64,000 nucleotides of DNA from positions 154,067-218,066 of the IMG/VR virus record IMGVR_UViG_3300021387_000796; one strand, given 5' to 3'. Made by a program: the position numbers and the translations under genes. Positions 19,707 through 29,589 of this stretch are shown here, piece after piece; within the stretch, counting starts at the first letter, position 1; each line of letters begins with the position of its first letter. A model generated the notes under the pieces. That model did not search any database. It saw only the letters and a program-made list of their open reading frames with translations, and was not told the DNA's origin. This DNA is from a virus. Taxonomy: Duplodnaviria; Caudoviricetes.

Positions 19707-21326
19707 TTAGTTTACGCCATTAACTTTATTTTCGTCTTCATTTACAGTAGTAATGACAACATTTGTATTAAGATACAGTCCAATAAACGATGATGCGTTT
19801 TTCAATGCAGATGTTTCGACAAGTGTAGGGTCTACAACTTTATCAAAGAGATTTTCATCCCATTCCATTGTTGCAAAATTATAACCACTCTTCTCACCGT
19901 CAGACTGCGTAAGTGTCTTTTCAACAATTACATCATCGGAAACACCGCTATTCTTTGCTAACTGACGAATAGGTGCTTCGAGAGCGTCTTTTACAATGTT
20001 GAATCCGCAAATCTGTGAATCAGTGAGTTCCTTTGGAGGTTCAAGTTCTGATGATACTTTGAGTAGAGTTACACCACCACCGAGAACAATACCCTCTTTA
20101 ACAGAAGCCTTTACCGAACAGATTGTATCTTCAATGCGGTCTTTAAGTTCCTTCATTTCAACATCATTATCGGCATAAACACGAAGTACACAAATTCCAC
20201 CACTCAAAGATGCGATTCGTTTTTTCATGTTTTCCTTTTTCTTCTCTACGGTTTCAACTGACATTTCTGATTTGATGTGTTCGATTCTTTCATCAAGTGA
20301 AGATTTTTCACATTTTCCACCGACAATAAGAGTATTGTCTTTCGATACTACTACCTTTTCGGCACTACCCAAATCTGACATTTCCATTTTAGAAAATGAT
20401 TTACCAAGTGATTCCGAGATGAATGAACCGCCTGTAAGAACGGCGATATCAGTGAGAATTTCCTTTCTCATTTCACCGAACTCTGGACCTTTCACCGCAC
20501 ATACTTGAAGTGTTTTATTTACTGCATTAAACACAAGAGCAGGCATTGTCTGTCCACCATAACCGTTTGCGATAATAAGAAGTGAACGACCTTCGTTGGC
20601 AATCTGATTTAGAATTTTTCCAAGAATATTGAGATTGTTGATTTCTTCATCAGTTATGAGGATGTAAGGATTCTTAAATTCACAAGTCATTCTATCAGTA
20701 TTATTTACAAAATACTGACTTTCATAACCATTGTTGAACTGCATTCCTTCTACAAACTCAAGATAAGTTTCTGTTTTTGGAGAATCTTCTACTGTAAGAA
20801 TTCCATCTTCACCAATCTGAGAATATGCTTCTGAAACAAGTTTACCAATTTTTTCATCGTTGTTTGAAGCGATTGTAGCAATATTCAAAATATCTGTTGT
20901 GTTACGAATTTCTTTTGATTTTGATTTAATTTTTTCAATTGCAAGTTTTGTAGCACAATCAATTCCTTTTTTCAAATCGGATACTTTCACGCCACTAGCA
21001 ATATATTTTCGACCATTTTCAAGCATGGAACGACCAAGAACAGAAGCCGTAGTTGTACCATCCCCTACTTTAGCACTTTCACTTGCAATATTTTTTACAA
21101 GATTTCCACCAATATTTTGATACTGATTTTTAAGTTTTCCAACCGCTTTTCCGATAGAAACTCCGTCTTTAGTTACAGTATAAGAATTTCCACTAAATCC
21201 CTCGATTAATGCAGTTTTTCCGTTAGGACCTAACGAACTAGCAATGGCATCTGCTACAATTTTAGCACCTTTATAAATTTCATCTTGTGCTTCTTTACCG
21301 AATTTTACTTCGTTATAAATTGACAT
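19707..21326 (-). CDS. groEL: Chaperonin GroEL
   Basis: SLGPNG, TKDGVS, GDGTTTA, EGMQFNNGY, EGIVLGGG motifs. Confidence 0.97.
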   Translation of the reverse strand: MSIYNEVKFGKEAQDEIYKGAKIVADAIASSLGPNGKTALIEGFSGNSYTVTKDGVSIGKAVGKLKNQYQNIGGNLVKNIASESAKVGDGTTTASVLGRSMLENGRKYIASGVKVSDLKKGIDCATKLAIEKIKSKSKEIRNTTDILNIATIASNNDEKIGKLVSEAYSQIGEDGILTVEDSPKTETYLEFVEGMQFNNGYESQYFVNNTDRMTCEFKNPYILITDEEINNLNILGKILNQIANEGRSLLIIANGYGGQTMPALVFNAVNKTLQVCAVKGPEFGEMRKEILTDIAVLTGGSFISESLGKSFSKMEMSDLGSAEKVVVSKDNTLIVGGKCEKSSLDERIEHIKSEMSVETVEKKKENMKKRIASLSGGICVLRVYADNDVEMKELKDRIEDTICSVKASVKEGIVLGGGVTLLKVSSELEPPKELTDSQICGFNIVKDALEAPIRQLAKNSGVSDDVIVEKTLTQSDGEKSGYNFATMEWDENLFDKVVDPTLVETSALKNASSFIGLYLNTNVVITTVNEDENKVNGVN

Positions 21327-21390
21327 ATATTTCCTCCATTTATATTTGATACATATAATTTAATTGATATTTGACAATAATTCAATGCTA

Positions 21391-21460
21391 TCATGTCACA
21401 AAAAATATACACTTTTTGTGACATGAATTTGTAACTAAAATTATATATTTTTAGTTACAA
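21391..21460. repeat. Two adjacent perfect inverted repeats (14 and 12 bp arms) between the sHSP gene and groEL
   Basis: TCATGTCACAAAAA/TTTTTGTGACATGA and TTGTAACTAAAA/TTTTAGTTACAA. Confidence 0.8.
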
Positions 21461-21468
21461 GTGTTGAA

Positions 21469-21927
21469 TCATTTAATTGAAAGTTTCTTTGGTTTTTCTT
21501 CAGGTTTGATTGTAAACTTTAACTTCAAAAGACCATTTTCGAATGACACTGTAGGTTCAGCATCATATTTGTCTGTAACATCGATTGTTGCTATTGAAAC
21601 GTCTTTGTCTTTAGGGAATTTGATTCCTTTGTGTGTATAAGCGAATTTATCTTTTTCTTCTGAAGCCTTTACTGTAATTTCAATCTGCTTTCCTGTCTTG
21701 GTCAATTCAATTGAATCTTTTGAAACACCAGCCAAAGCAAAATCAAAATACAGATTCTTATCTTCATCGACATACTGACTATAAGGAACATCTGCTTTAC
21801 TAAAAGAATTAATTTCCTTTACGCCATTCACATCAGATGAAACGACATAAGAAAAATCCGAATCCTTGAGAGTATTAACGATTTCGTCAAATACTCCGTC
21901 CAAATCAAAAATAGAAGTGTACATCAT
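21469..21927 (-). CDS. Small heat shock protein (Hsp20/alpha-crystallin)
   Basis: FALAGVSKDSIEL, YTHKGI, FENGLLKL, KPKKLSIK (IxI-like) tail. Confidence 0.9.
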   Translation of the reverse strand: MMYTSIFDLDGVFDEIVNTLKDSDFSYVVSSDVNGVKEINSFSKADVPYSQYVDEDKNLYFDFALAGVSKDSIELTKTGKQIEITVKASEEKDKFAYTHKGIKFPKDKDVSIATIDVTDKYDAEPTVSFENGLLKLKFTIKPEEKPKKLSIK

Positions 21928-22072
21928 TACAACTTCCTCCATATAATATTTTTAAGGCACTCATACGAGCAACCTTTAAATTTCTCATATATTCAATATA
22001 AATAGTTATTTTTTAATTTTCAATACTCATAACTATTTAATTTGAAAGTTTTAATTTTTGAGGAATTCATAT

Positions 22073-23833
22073 ATGGCAAAGAAAATAGAATTTGATTTTG
22101 AAGCGATAAAAGTTAGAATCTTAGAGTATTTATCATCTCAATCTGAATGGGCGTCTTTTTTGAATTATGGTGTCATAGATAATCTTATTTCAGCCATTGC
22201 TAACGAAATGGCATACCAAATTCAATACTCAGAGTACAACAGTATGGAAAATTTTTGGAATATGGCAAGAAATCGTTCATCCCTTCTTCAAATGTCACCA
22301 ATGCACGGTTATATAATACCTAGAAAACAAGCATCTGAAGGTGTTGTAAGAATATCTACATCTGAAACTTTTGACTCAAGTTATTCGACAAATATACCAA
22401 TTCCCCAATTTTTTCAATTTTCTGGTTCAGACATATATGTATGTGCAAAACAAAATGTTATTTTAAATGCCAATGAAAACTACTTGGATGTTAATTGTGT
22501 ACAAGGTGAGGCAAAAGAATTATCATTTTTGGCGGAAGGAATTAAATTCGAAGAAAAAACAATCTACGATGACTCTATAGATAATTCATTTTTCGTTCTT
22601 ACTGTAAATGATGAACCTTGGAAAAATGTAAGCAGTTTGTTTTTGTATAATTCTGAAGATTCCGTATTTCAAATAAGAACTCTTCCTAATATGACAGGCA
22701 TAACTTTAAGATTTGGAAACGGTATTTTTGGAAAAAAATTAAATAAAAACGATGTTGTTAAATTTAAATATATTTCAACAAAAGGTTCTCAAGGAAATAT
22801 ATTTTCTTCCAACATAATCGATACTGTTGAAAATCAAGCGTTCGACTCTAACGGAAATGAAGTAAAATTGTATTGTTCAAATATATCTACATTTATCGGA
22901 GGAAAAGATTATCCTTCTTTGGAAGAAATTCGAGAATTATCTCCTAAAGTTTATCAAACCGGCGACCGTGCTTCATCTAAACAAGACTACATTAGTATTT
23001 TAAAACAAAACAACAAATTGAGTAAAATATCAGTTTGGGGTGCTTACGAAACATTAAAAGATAGAAACGAAGACCCTTGGGGTTTTATAGAAACTGAGGA
23101 AAATGTTGTACATTTAGCATTATTAATTGGTTCAGAATACGAATCGTTTGATGATTTACCTGAAGAAGAAGCGTATATTTTGAAAAATGAAATTGTTACA
23201 AAATTATATGAATTATGCGACCCTACCGATTTAATAAATTTCGAAAGTACATATAAAATCCCAATGATTTTTCATGTTAAAGGAACGATGACATCTTCTG
23301 CATACACAACCGCTGAAGTAGAAAATAACATCAAATCTAATTTGTCATCAGAATATGGAATTGAAAATATGGATTTTGGCGAAAGCGTTTATGAATCTGA
23401 TTACGTTAGATTGATTGACGAAACAGATGGCATTAAAAATCACATATCTTACATTGAATTATATAAAGATAATATAACATTTACTTCTGGATATTATTGT
23501 GATTTTGAACTTCCGATTTTTCCAATTAATTATGAAAAAGTATCGGTTTATATAAAAGATAAAACTATAGAAAATTCTGATTATAGTTTAATGGCGACTT
23601 GCGATGCCAATGGAAATTTGATTGGTGCTGATGATACCTCATATATAATGACAAACTCAACTTTGGATTTAAATAATGGAAAAGGTAAAATCTATGTTAC
23701 TAATGGTTTGGATTTACCTTATGATAACTATTTAATTAAAATTAGTTATCAATATGACGGACAAAACATTTATAATAATAGTAGAAAAAATATTCTTTAT
23801 TACGAAAACACTGTCGTTGAGTTGACATATTAA
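22073..23833 (+). CDS. Baseplate wedge protein (T4 gp6-like)
   Basis: FDFEAIK, ARNRSSL..HGY, FGNGIFGKKL, YISTKGSQGN, GG..SLEEIR..RASSKQDY. Confidence 0.9.
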   Translation: MAKKIEFDFEAIKVRILEYLSSQSEWASFLNYGVIDNLISAIANEMAYQIQYSEYNSMENFWNMARNRSSLLQMSPMHGYIIPRKQASEGVVRISTSETFDSSYSTNIPIPQFFQFSGSDIYVCAKQNVILNANENYLDVNCVQGEAKELSFLAEGIKFEEKTIYDDSIDNSFFVLTVNDEPWKNVSSLFLYNSEDSVFQIRTLPNMTGITLRFGNGIFGKKLNKNDVVKFKYISTKGSQGNIFSSNIIDTVENQAFDSNGNEVKLYCSNISTFIGGKDYPSLEEIRELSPKVYQTGDRASSKQDYISILKQNNKLSKISVWGAYETLKDRNEDPWGFIETEENVVHLALLIGSEYESFDDLPEEEAYILKNEIVTKLYELCDPTDLINFESTYKIPMIFHVKGTMTSSAYTTAEVENNIKSNLSSEYGIENMDFGESVYESDYVRLIDETDGIKNHISYIELYKDNITFTSGYYCDFELPIFPINYEKVSVYIKDKTIENSDYSLMATCDANGNLIGADDTSYIMTNSTLDLNNGKGKIYVTNGLDLPYDNYLIKISYQYDGQNIYNNSRKNILYYENTVVELTY

Positions 23834-23846
23834 AAGAGGATGAACT

Positions 23847-26800
23847 ATGTCGCAAGAATCCATAAACAAATCATTACAAAACACACTACTATCACCATTA
23901 ACGCATGATTCGTTTTGGTCTCAATTTTTAAATTCAATCTCATACGAAATGAAGAACATGAATGATTCATATTCTTCAATTAAAAACAATTGGGACATCT
24001 ACGACAACGATAAAAATAATCTTATAAGAATTTCTGAATCTTTCGGATATACACCAAATTTAACAATTAACAATACTGTTAATATGGCAAAAAGAGAAAT
24101 TGAATCTATTCCTTACAGAATTAGAGAAAAAACAACATATAATGGGTATTCTTTAATTTTTCAACAAAACGATTCTCTTGGCGAAACATTCAATTATTAT
24201 TGGAATGGAGAAAAATTAGTCAAAGCCATTGATTATGAATCAACATCCGCTTTTTTGTTTAATTCCAATCATTATTCTCCTTTTTTTAAAATAATACCAA
24301 ATAAAAATTATTCGGCTAGTATTAATTCCGACACGATGGTTTTGGATTATTTAGAGAATGGTGAGAAAAAAATAGACGAAGCCACAGGATTAAGAATCTT
24401 TTCTTTAGATTTAGTTATCGGTTCATCTGTTTGGAAATTGGACACACCTTATGTACAAATTCCGACAAAACATTTAGGCATTGAATATTTTCCACAACAC
24501 TATTATTGTACTTATTTTACAAGTTTGGGTATAACAGACGAATCTGTTTTAACATATGAATGTCAAATTCAATTTTTAGAAAATTACATTCCAAATTCGA
24601 TGAAAATTAACATTAATGGCATTACTCTCGATACAACTACAGAAACAATTGATAATAAAGAATATTTTATAAACGAAGATGGTGTTTTGGAATCTAATTC
24701 CTATTTTGACATAACAAATAATTTGGTTCATCTTGAATTTACAGATATTCCTTCGAATTATGAAATATCGGTGTCATATAATATAAACTTGTTAATAAAT
24801 TCTGATTATTTCTATTATCTTGAACAAGGTATGGAATACAACAGAAGATGTCCTATAATACCTCACACAGGTGTCTTTTTATCTGCCGATATTGCTCCAT
24901 CAAGAGGTTCTGATTTTTATTATCCTAATGAAGGAAATTATACAATACCTGACTTAAAACTTAAAGCAATTACTTCATCTTCGTATAATAGAAAAATAAT
25001 ATTAACAACTCTTTCTAAATTAGATAACGCATTTGACTCAGAAGGAAGTCCTAGTGGTGAAGAAAATTACAAATTAGATTCTACAATTAAATGGTTTTTA
25101 GATTCTGATTCATCACAGACAACTTCTTTAATTAACGATATCAAATATATCGCTTGTGGCAACAAAGCATTAAACATAATAAACGAAGCATACAATCAAA
25201 TATTCAATCAAGGATATATCTTGTTTTATTATAATTTGAATTCTGATGATTACAGTCATGAAATCACAGACTTATCTTCAAACAATATTGATTGTGATGT
25301 AGTTGGAAGTGATATAAAAATTGATAGTATAATAAGTAAATCTTTAAATTTTAATGGGGAAACTTATGCTTATTCTCAATCCTCATTAAACATCGATACT
25401 TCGTTAAAATACACTATGGGTTTTTGGTTCAAAGCAAATAACGAAGGACAAAATATAGGTACAATTTTTGATTCGTTCGTCAACATATCATATGATTATG
25501 AAAATAAAAAAATTAGCATAGGTTCTTGGCTTTTCGATTGCTCCGAAAACGATTATCATTTTGTATGTTTGTTATTTAAACAAGACAAAATTTTAATTTA
25601 TTTGGACAATCAATTTTTAGGTGAATTTGAATTTATAATAAATGTTACTTCTAGTAAAATTTATTTGGGTGTAGATTCGTCAATAGGTAATTATTTTTAT
25701 GGTGAATTAGATAACATTTGGTTAATGAACAAAGAACTAACTACTGATGAAATTTCATACATATACGAAAATAAAATTTCACTAATATCTCATATGGGAA
25801 ACAGATTGTCATATTATGAATTATATGACGATGAAAAATACGAAGATGATAATTATAACATTATTCAATCTTACATAAAATCTATGGATATTTCAAATGA
25901 AATAACTATGCTTGATAACACATCTGAGAGCATTCATACATACTCGTATAAAACAAGATTTTATCCAATATCTCCTTCATATTTCAGTATGAGTTATACT
26001 GATTCTTTAGCAAATACAGTCACAATACAATCAAATAAAAATGGTGATTTTTACAACAAAGATACTGGTAAAATTATAACAGGTAACATAGATTTTGAAA
26101 ATGGAGTTTGGAACTTAGCAAAAAATACAATAAAATCAGTATCTCAAAAACCTATCGTTGTAATATCAGAATCACCATATACAGAACTTCACGAAACTTT
26201 ATATAAAGTGGATGACCATATCAATAAGGTTTCCAATTATTATGAAACCTATAATATTGAAACTGAAGAACACAGTGCTGAAATTATTGCTGATGATTAT
26301 AATCTGCTAAATTTAGAATCAAAAACATTAATCGATACTGCTGACGATGATACATCAAAAATAAAATTATATTCGTCAAACGAGGGTGAAAGTTTTTCAA
26401 TATATCTATCAAGTGGTAAGTTATCAGACCCAATCAAAGTATTTAATGTTGTTTCCGATGAAACCGAAACACCACTGTTTACAAAAGACAACGGTTCATC
26501 ATTATATTCTAATCTTAAAGATTTGCAAGATGGTCATAATCAATTAAAATCGTACGTTGATTTAGGTGAAGCGAGTTCAACACCATTGTTTTCTAAAGAT
26601 GAAATTAATGACGAAGAGATAACTTTATATCTCGATGTTCAATGTTCGGAAAACAAACAAGTTAGAAAATATGAAGTCATAACAAACGACTCTAAAGTTA
26701 TCGGATACACATTAGGAAATGATACTTCAATAGTTTACACCGACTTAAAATTCACATCTATTATTCCTAATGTCTCAGGTAAAAAAGATGCAAGTTTTAA

Positions 26801-27326
26801 TCTCATGCAGTTATACATCAAATCAATTCAAAACGAATTAAAGGTATCACCAAATAAAACTGTATATGAATACAAAAATTCATATTCTATAAACTATATT
26901 AACTCATTTGAAGAACACATCGCTGATGAATCTATTTCTATAGTAAAAAATTCAATTAATTTTACTTATTGGGTTGGTGATACTTTAGAAAAAACAATTG
27001 CCAAAGTCAACGAAGATGGTGTAGTAACTGGAATAAACATCCTCAGCGGTAATTTTGATTACACCACAAACATATTAACTGTTCATTTTATCAATGAAAT
27101 AAAGAGTGATGTTGTTGCTTCATATGAATATTATGATTCATTGGATATTGATTACACAAAACCAATTATCATGAATTATAAAACAAAAAATTCAATCAAA
27201 ATTAATGAGATTGGATTGGAAGATGAAAATCACGAACTTATGGCTTATATGACTTTTCCTGATGTGGAATTCAATACAATATATGACAACTTGTCTGCGT
27301 TATTTGCTATTTCAAAATCATCTTAG
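23847..27326 (+). CDS. Large baseplate wedge/fibre-attachment protein (gp7-like) with LamG domain
   Basis: Follows the gp6-like gene; LamG motifs SLNFNG..YTMGFWFK..FYGELDNIWLMNKELT; C-terminal INEIGL..ELMAY. Confidence 0.7.
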   Translation: MSQESINKSLQNTLLSPLTHDSFWSQFLNSISYEMKNMNDSYSSIKNNWDIYDNDKNNLIRISESFGYTPNLTINNTVNMAKREIESIPYRIREKTTYNGYSLIFQQNDSLGETFNYYWNGEKLVKAIDYESTSAFLFNSNHYSPFFKIIPNKNYSASINSDTMVLDYLENGEKKIDEATGLRIFSLDLVIGSSVWKLDTPYVQIPTKHLGIEYFPQHYYCTYFTSLGITDESVLTYECQIQFLENYIPNSMKININGITLDTTTETIDNKEYFINEDGVLESNSYFDITNNLVHLEFTDIPSNYEISVSYNINLLINSDYFYYLEQGMEYNRRCPIIPHTGVFLSADIAPSRGSDFYYPNEGNYTIPDLKLKAITSSSYNRKIILTTLSKLDNAFDSEGSPSGEENYKLDSTIKWFLDSDSSQTTSLINDIKYIACGNKALNIINEAYNQIFNQGYILFYYNLNSDDYSHEITDLSSNNIDCDVVGSDIKIDSIISKSLNFNGETYAYSQSSLNIDTSLKYTMGFWFKANNEGQNIGTIFDSFVNISYDYENKKISIGSWLFDCSENDYHFVCLLFKQDKILIYLDNQFLGEFEFIINVTSSKIYLGVDSSIGNYFYGELDNIWLMNKELTTDEISYIYENKISLISHMGNRLSYYELYDDEKYEDDNYNIIQSYIKSMDISNEITMLDNTSESIHTYSYKTRFYPISPSYFSMSYTDSLANTVTIQSNKNGDFYNKDTGKIITGNIDFENGVWNLAKNTIKSVSQKPIVVISESPYTELHETLYKVDDHINKVSNYYETYNIETEEHSAEIIADDYNLLNLESKTLIDTADDDTSKIKLYSSNEGESFSIYLSSGKLSDPIKVFNVVSDETETPLFTKDNGSSLYSNLKDLQDGHNQLKSYVDLGEASSTPLFSKDEINDEEITLYLDVQCSENKQVRKYEVITNDSKVIGYTLGNDTSIVYTDLKFTSIIPNVSGKKDASFNLMQLYIKSIQNELKVSPNKTVYEYKNSYSINYINSFEEHIADESISIVKNSINFTYWVGDTLEKTIAKVNEDGVVTGINILSGNFDYTTNILTVHFINEIKSDVVASYEYYDSLDIDYTKPIIMNYKTKNSIKINEIGLEDENHELMAYMTFPDVEFNTIYDNLSALFAISKSS

Positions 27327-28516
27327 GAAAAAAGTAAATGATTATTTCGATATTCCTCTGTAAGAACGACATTTTGTTTTGAACAAACTAGCATGGTTCT
27401 AGCATTTTTAGAATCCCATATGTGATAACTAGATTCAATTAAATATTTTCCACTATTTCTCAAAGATTTGGAACTTGAAGAATTGGATTTCACGTTCGGC
27501 ATATTTATCGTGATGGTTTTTCCACAAACTAAATTTTTGTTCAAATGTGTATTTATTGTTATTTTATCAGGCAAAATAACATTTTTATGTAAATTTACAG
27601 TATAACCTTTATTATTATTTTTTGTATCATCATATTTTACATCATCATCGTATAACCCTATTAATTCTGTCGTGTCGTTTGAACTTCCAATTATAGGATA
27701 TTTTCCTTTAGAAAAGGTATATTTTAACAAATTGTCTTCTTTATTAACAATGTTTCCACTTTTATCATAATTATAATATTTACAATTAAAATAAGGTTTT
27801 ATTTTACTTAATTCTAATTGAGAAAAATTAACTGAATAAAAAATATCATCGCCTGCTATAATTTCTATACCATCTGTACCATAACTCAGTTCTTTTATTG
27901 ATGTAGAATTAAACATAGAATAAAAACTTTTAAAGTGAAATTCGTTATTAGAATCGATAAATGCAAAATACGGCGTATTTTGTGCCGAATTTGAAAAAGC
28001 AAACGGTAAAAGATAATCCACGATAAATTCAGAATCATTAACAAACGGCTGATACCAAGTTCCACTATTCAGTGTATCTTCAATGTCGATTCTGTTGAAT
28101 TGATATTGAGATACAATTTTTGACACAATATCTGATATATTAGATTGATACGCTTTAGATTTTTTCGACTGTTTCATAAAATAATCATGAATTAATTCTA
28201 TTTCAAAATCACCACCTATTCCATTGGATGATGTTTTTTGTTGTGGAACTGCGTCTTTAGCAACAACAAATTTACATTTTTTGACACTATCATCCGAAGC
28301 ACCAAATGTTATCTCCAACTCAGTACCATCCACAAAAGCAAGATATTCGTTTGATATACCACTATAATCGGAAATTACCATTTTAACTTTTGGATAAAAC
28401 TGATATATCGAATCAAATTCTATTACAGAAAAAGACATTGGTGATAATTCACTTTCGTTTCCATTTATTTTAAGAGAAATCGTTGCTCTTTGAAATGCGG
28501 ACATAGTTTCTGCCAT
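27323..28516 (-). CDS. Baseplate hub protein (gp27-like)
   Basis: EFDSIYQFYPKVKMVISD, FHFKSF, SGKYLIESSYH motifs. Confidence 0.7.
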   Translation of the reverse strand: MAETMSAFQRATISLKINGNESELSPMSFSVIEFDSIYQFYPKVKMVISDYSGISNEYLAFVDGTELEITFGASDDSVKKCKFVVAKDAVPQQKTSSNGIGGDFEIELIHDYFMKQSKKSKAYQSNISDIVSKIVSQYQFNRIDIEDTLNSGTWYQPFVNDSEFIVDYLLPFAFSNSAQNTPYFAFIDSNNEFHFKSFYSMFNSTSIKELSYGTDGIEIIAGDDIFYSVNFSQLELSKIKPYFNCKYYNYDKSGNIVNKEDNLLKYTFSKGKYPIIGSSNDTTELIGLYDDDVKYDDTKNNNKGYTVNLHKNVILPDKITINTHLNKNLVCGKTITINMPNVKSNSSSSKSLRNSGKYLIESSYHIWDSKNARTMLVCSKQNVVLTEEYRNNHLLFS

Positions 28517-28527
28517 ATATATTCCCT

Positions 28528-28857
28528 CTAATCTGTTTTGATATTTTCAATATACCAATTATCGATATCGTTTTTTCCATAAAATTTTATAACTTTTCCA
28601 AAATTATCTTCATCGCTTATATCGGTGATATCATTCAGCCACAAAGTCAAATAATCATAAAGGTCAAAACTCTCATAATAATCATAACACAAATCAAAAA
28701 ATCGATACAAGTTGTTTTGTGTCAAAGTATAATCTGTTGGTCGTTCTTTTATACGAAGTTGATTCAATGGAAATGTTGCTAAATCAGGATAAAAATCTCC
28801 GTTTTTATCCGTCACAACAGATTTTTCCATTAATTGATATTTATTTTTATGTGCCAT
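28528..28857 (-). CDS. Baseplate wedge gp53-like (LysM-type) protein
   Basis: YRFFDLCYDYY..LWLNDI pattern; sits between gp48-like and gp27-like genes. Confidence 0.6.
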   Translation of the reverse strand: MAHKNKYQLMEKSVVTDKNGDFYPDLATFPLNQLRIKERPTDYTLTQNNLYRFFDLCYDYYESFDLYDYLTLWLNDITDISDEDNFGKVIKFYGKNDIDNWYIENIKTD

Positions 28858-28860
28858 ATT

Positions 28861-29589
28861 TTAACCTCTATTTCTTTTAAAAATATTTTCTATCATATCG
28901 GTTGTGGCTATCTCCATAGTGCTTATTTCTAAACCAACCGATGCCCTCACAGGATAATATCCCCCTTCTGTTTCAGAATATGACATTTCGGATGAAAAAG
29001 AAGGTTCTACATTTTTAATAATTACACCATTCAAATTAACATACCCAATTTCCATGTTGTATACACCTTTGGACGCTTTATTAAAATGTGCCAACGCTTT
29101 ACTAACAACGTCATTCGTTTGTCCGTTAGATACTGCATTCCAAATCGCTTGAATATTAGGTCCAGGTGGTATCAACGTTTTCAATTTCAAATTACTTAAT
29201 GCAGTTTCTCCCATTTGAGATTCCGAGCCGTTTTTTCCTTTCGTAGGTAAACAAATACTCATTAAAGATATTATTGGGTCAATAACATCTTTATACGAAT
29301 CAGTATCCATTTCGATACTAACTGAAATCGACATATCTATTGGGTCTGTACTTTGCCAAATCTGAACACCTTGCAACGCAAACTGACCACTAGGAAGACC
29401 AAAAGAACTAGATAACAAACTCATGAAATTATTAGGAGATGCCTCCCATAATTCGCCATATTTAGAACTTACTTTTATCGACAAATCATCTTCTAGAATA
29501 AAAGGCACTGAGTTTGTTATACTCTTACCACTTGCGTCTTTTATTTTTACAATTTTATAATAAGGAATTTCTCTTTCAAGATTAAACAT
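28861..29589 (-). CDS. Tail tube initiator/baseplate cap (gp48-like)
   Basis: QIWQSTDP, LIPPGP, GVIIKNVEPSF, YPVRASVGLEIST; follows the tape-measure-like gene. Confidence 0.6.
   Translation of the reverse strand: MFNLEREIPYYKIVKIKDASGKSITNSVPFILEDDLSIKVSSKYGELWEASPNNFMSLLSSSFGLPSGQFALQGVQIWQSTDPIDMSISVSIEMDTDSYKDVIDPIISLMSICLPTKGKNGSESQMGETALSNLKLKTLIPPGPNIQAIWNAVSNGQTNDVVSKALAHFNKASKGVYNMEIGYVNLNGVIIKNVEPSFSSEMSYSETEGGYYPVRASVGLEISTMEIATTDMIENIFKRNRG

Noticed and set aside
21327-21468. CIRCE element upstream of groEL
   Set aside because: TTAGCACTC-N9-GAGTGCTAA is absent; the palindromes there are unrelated.
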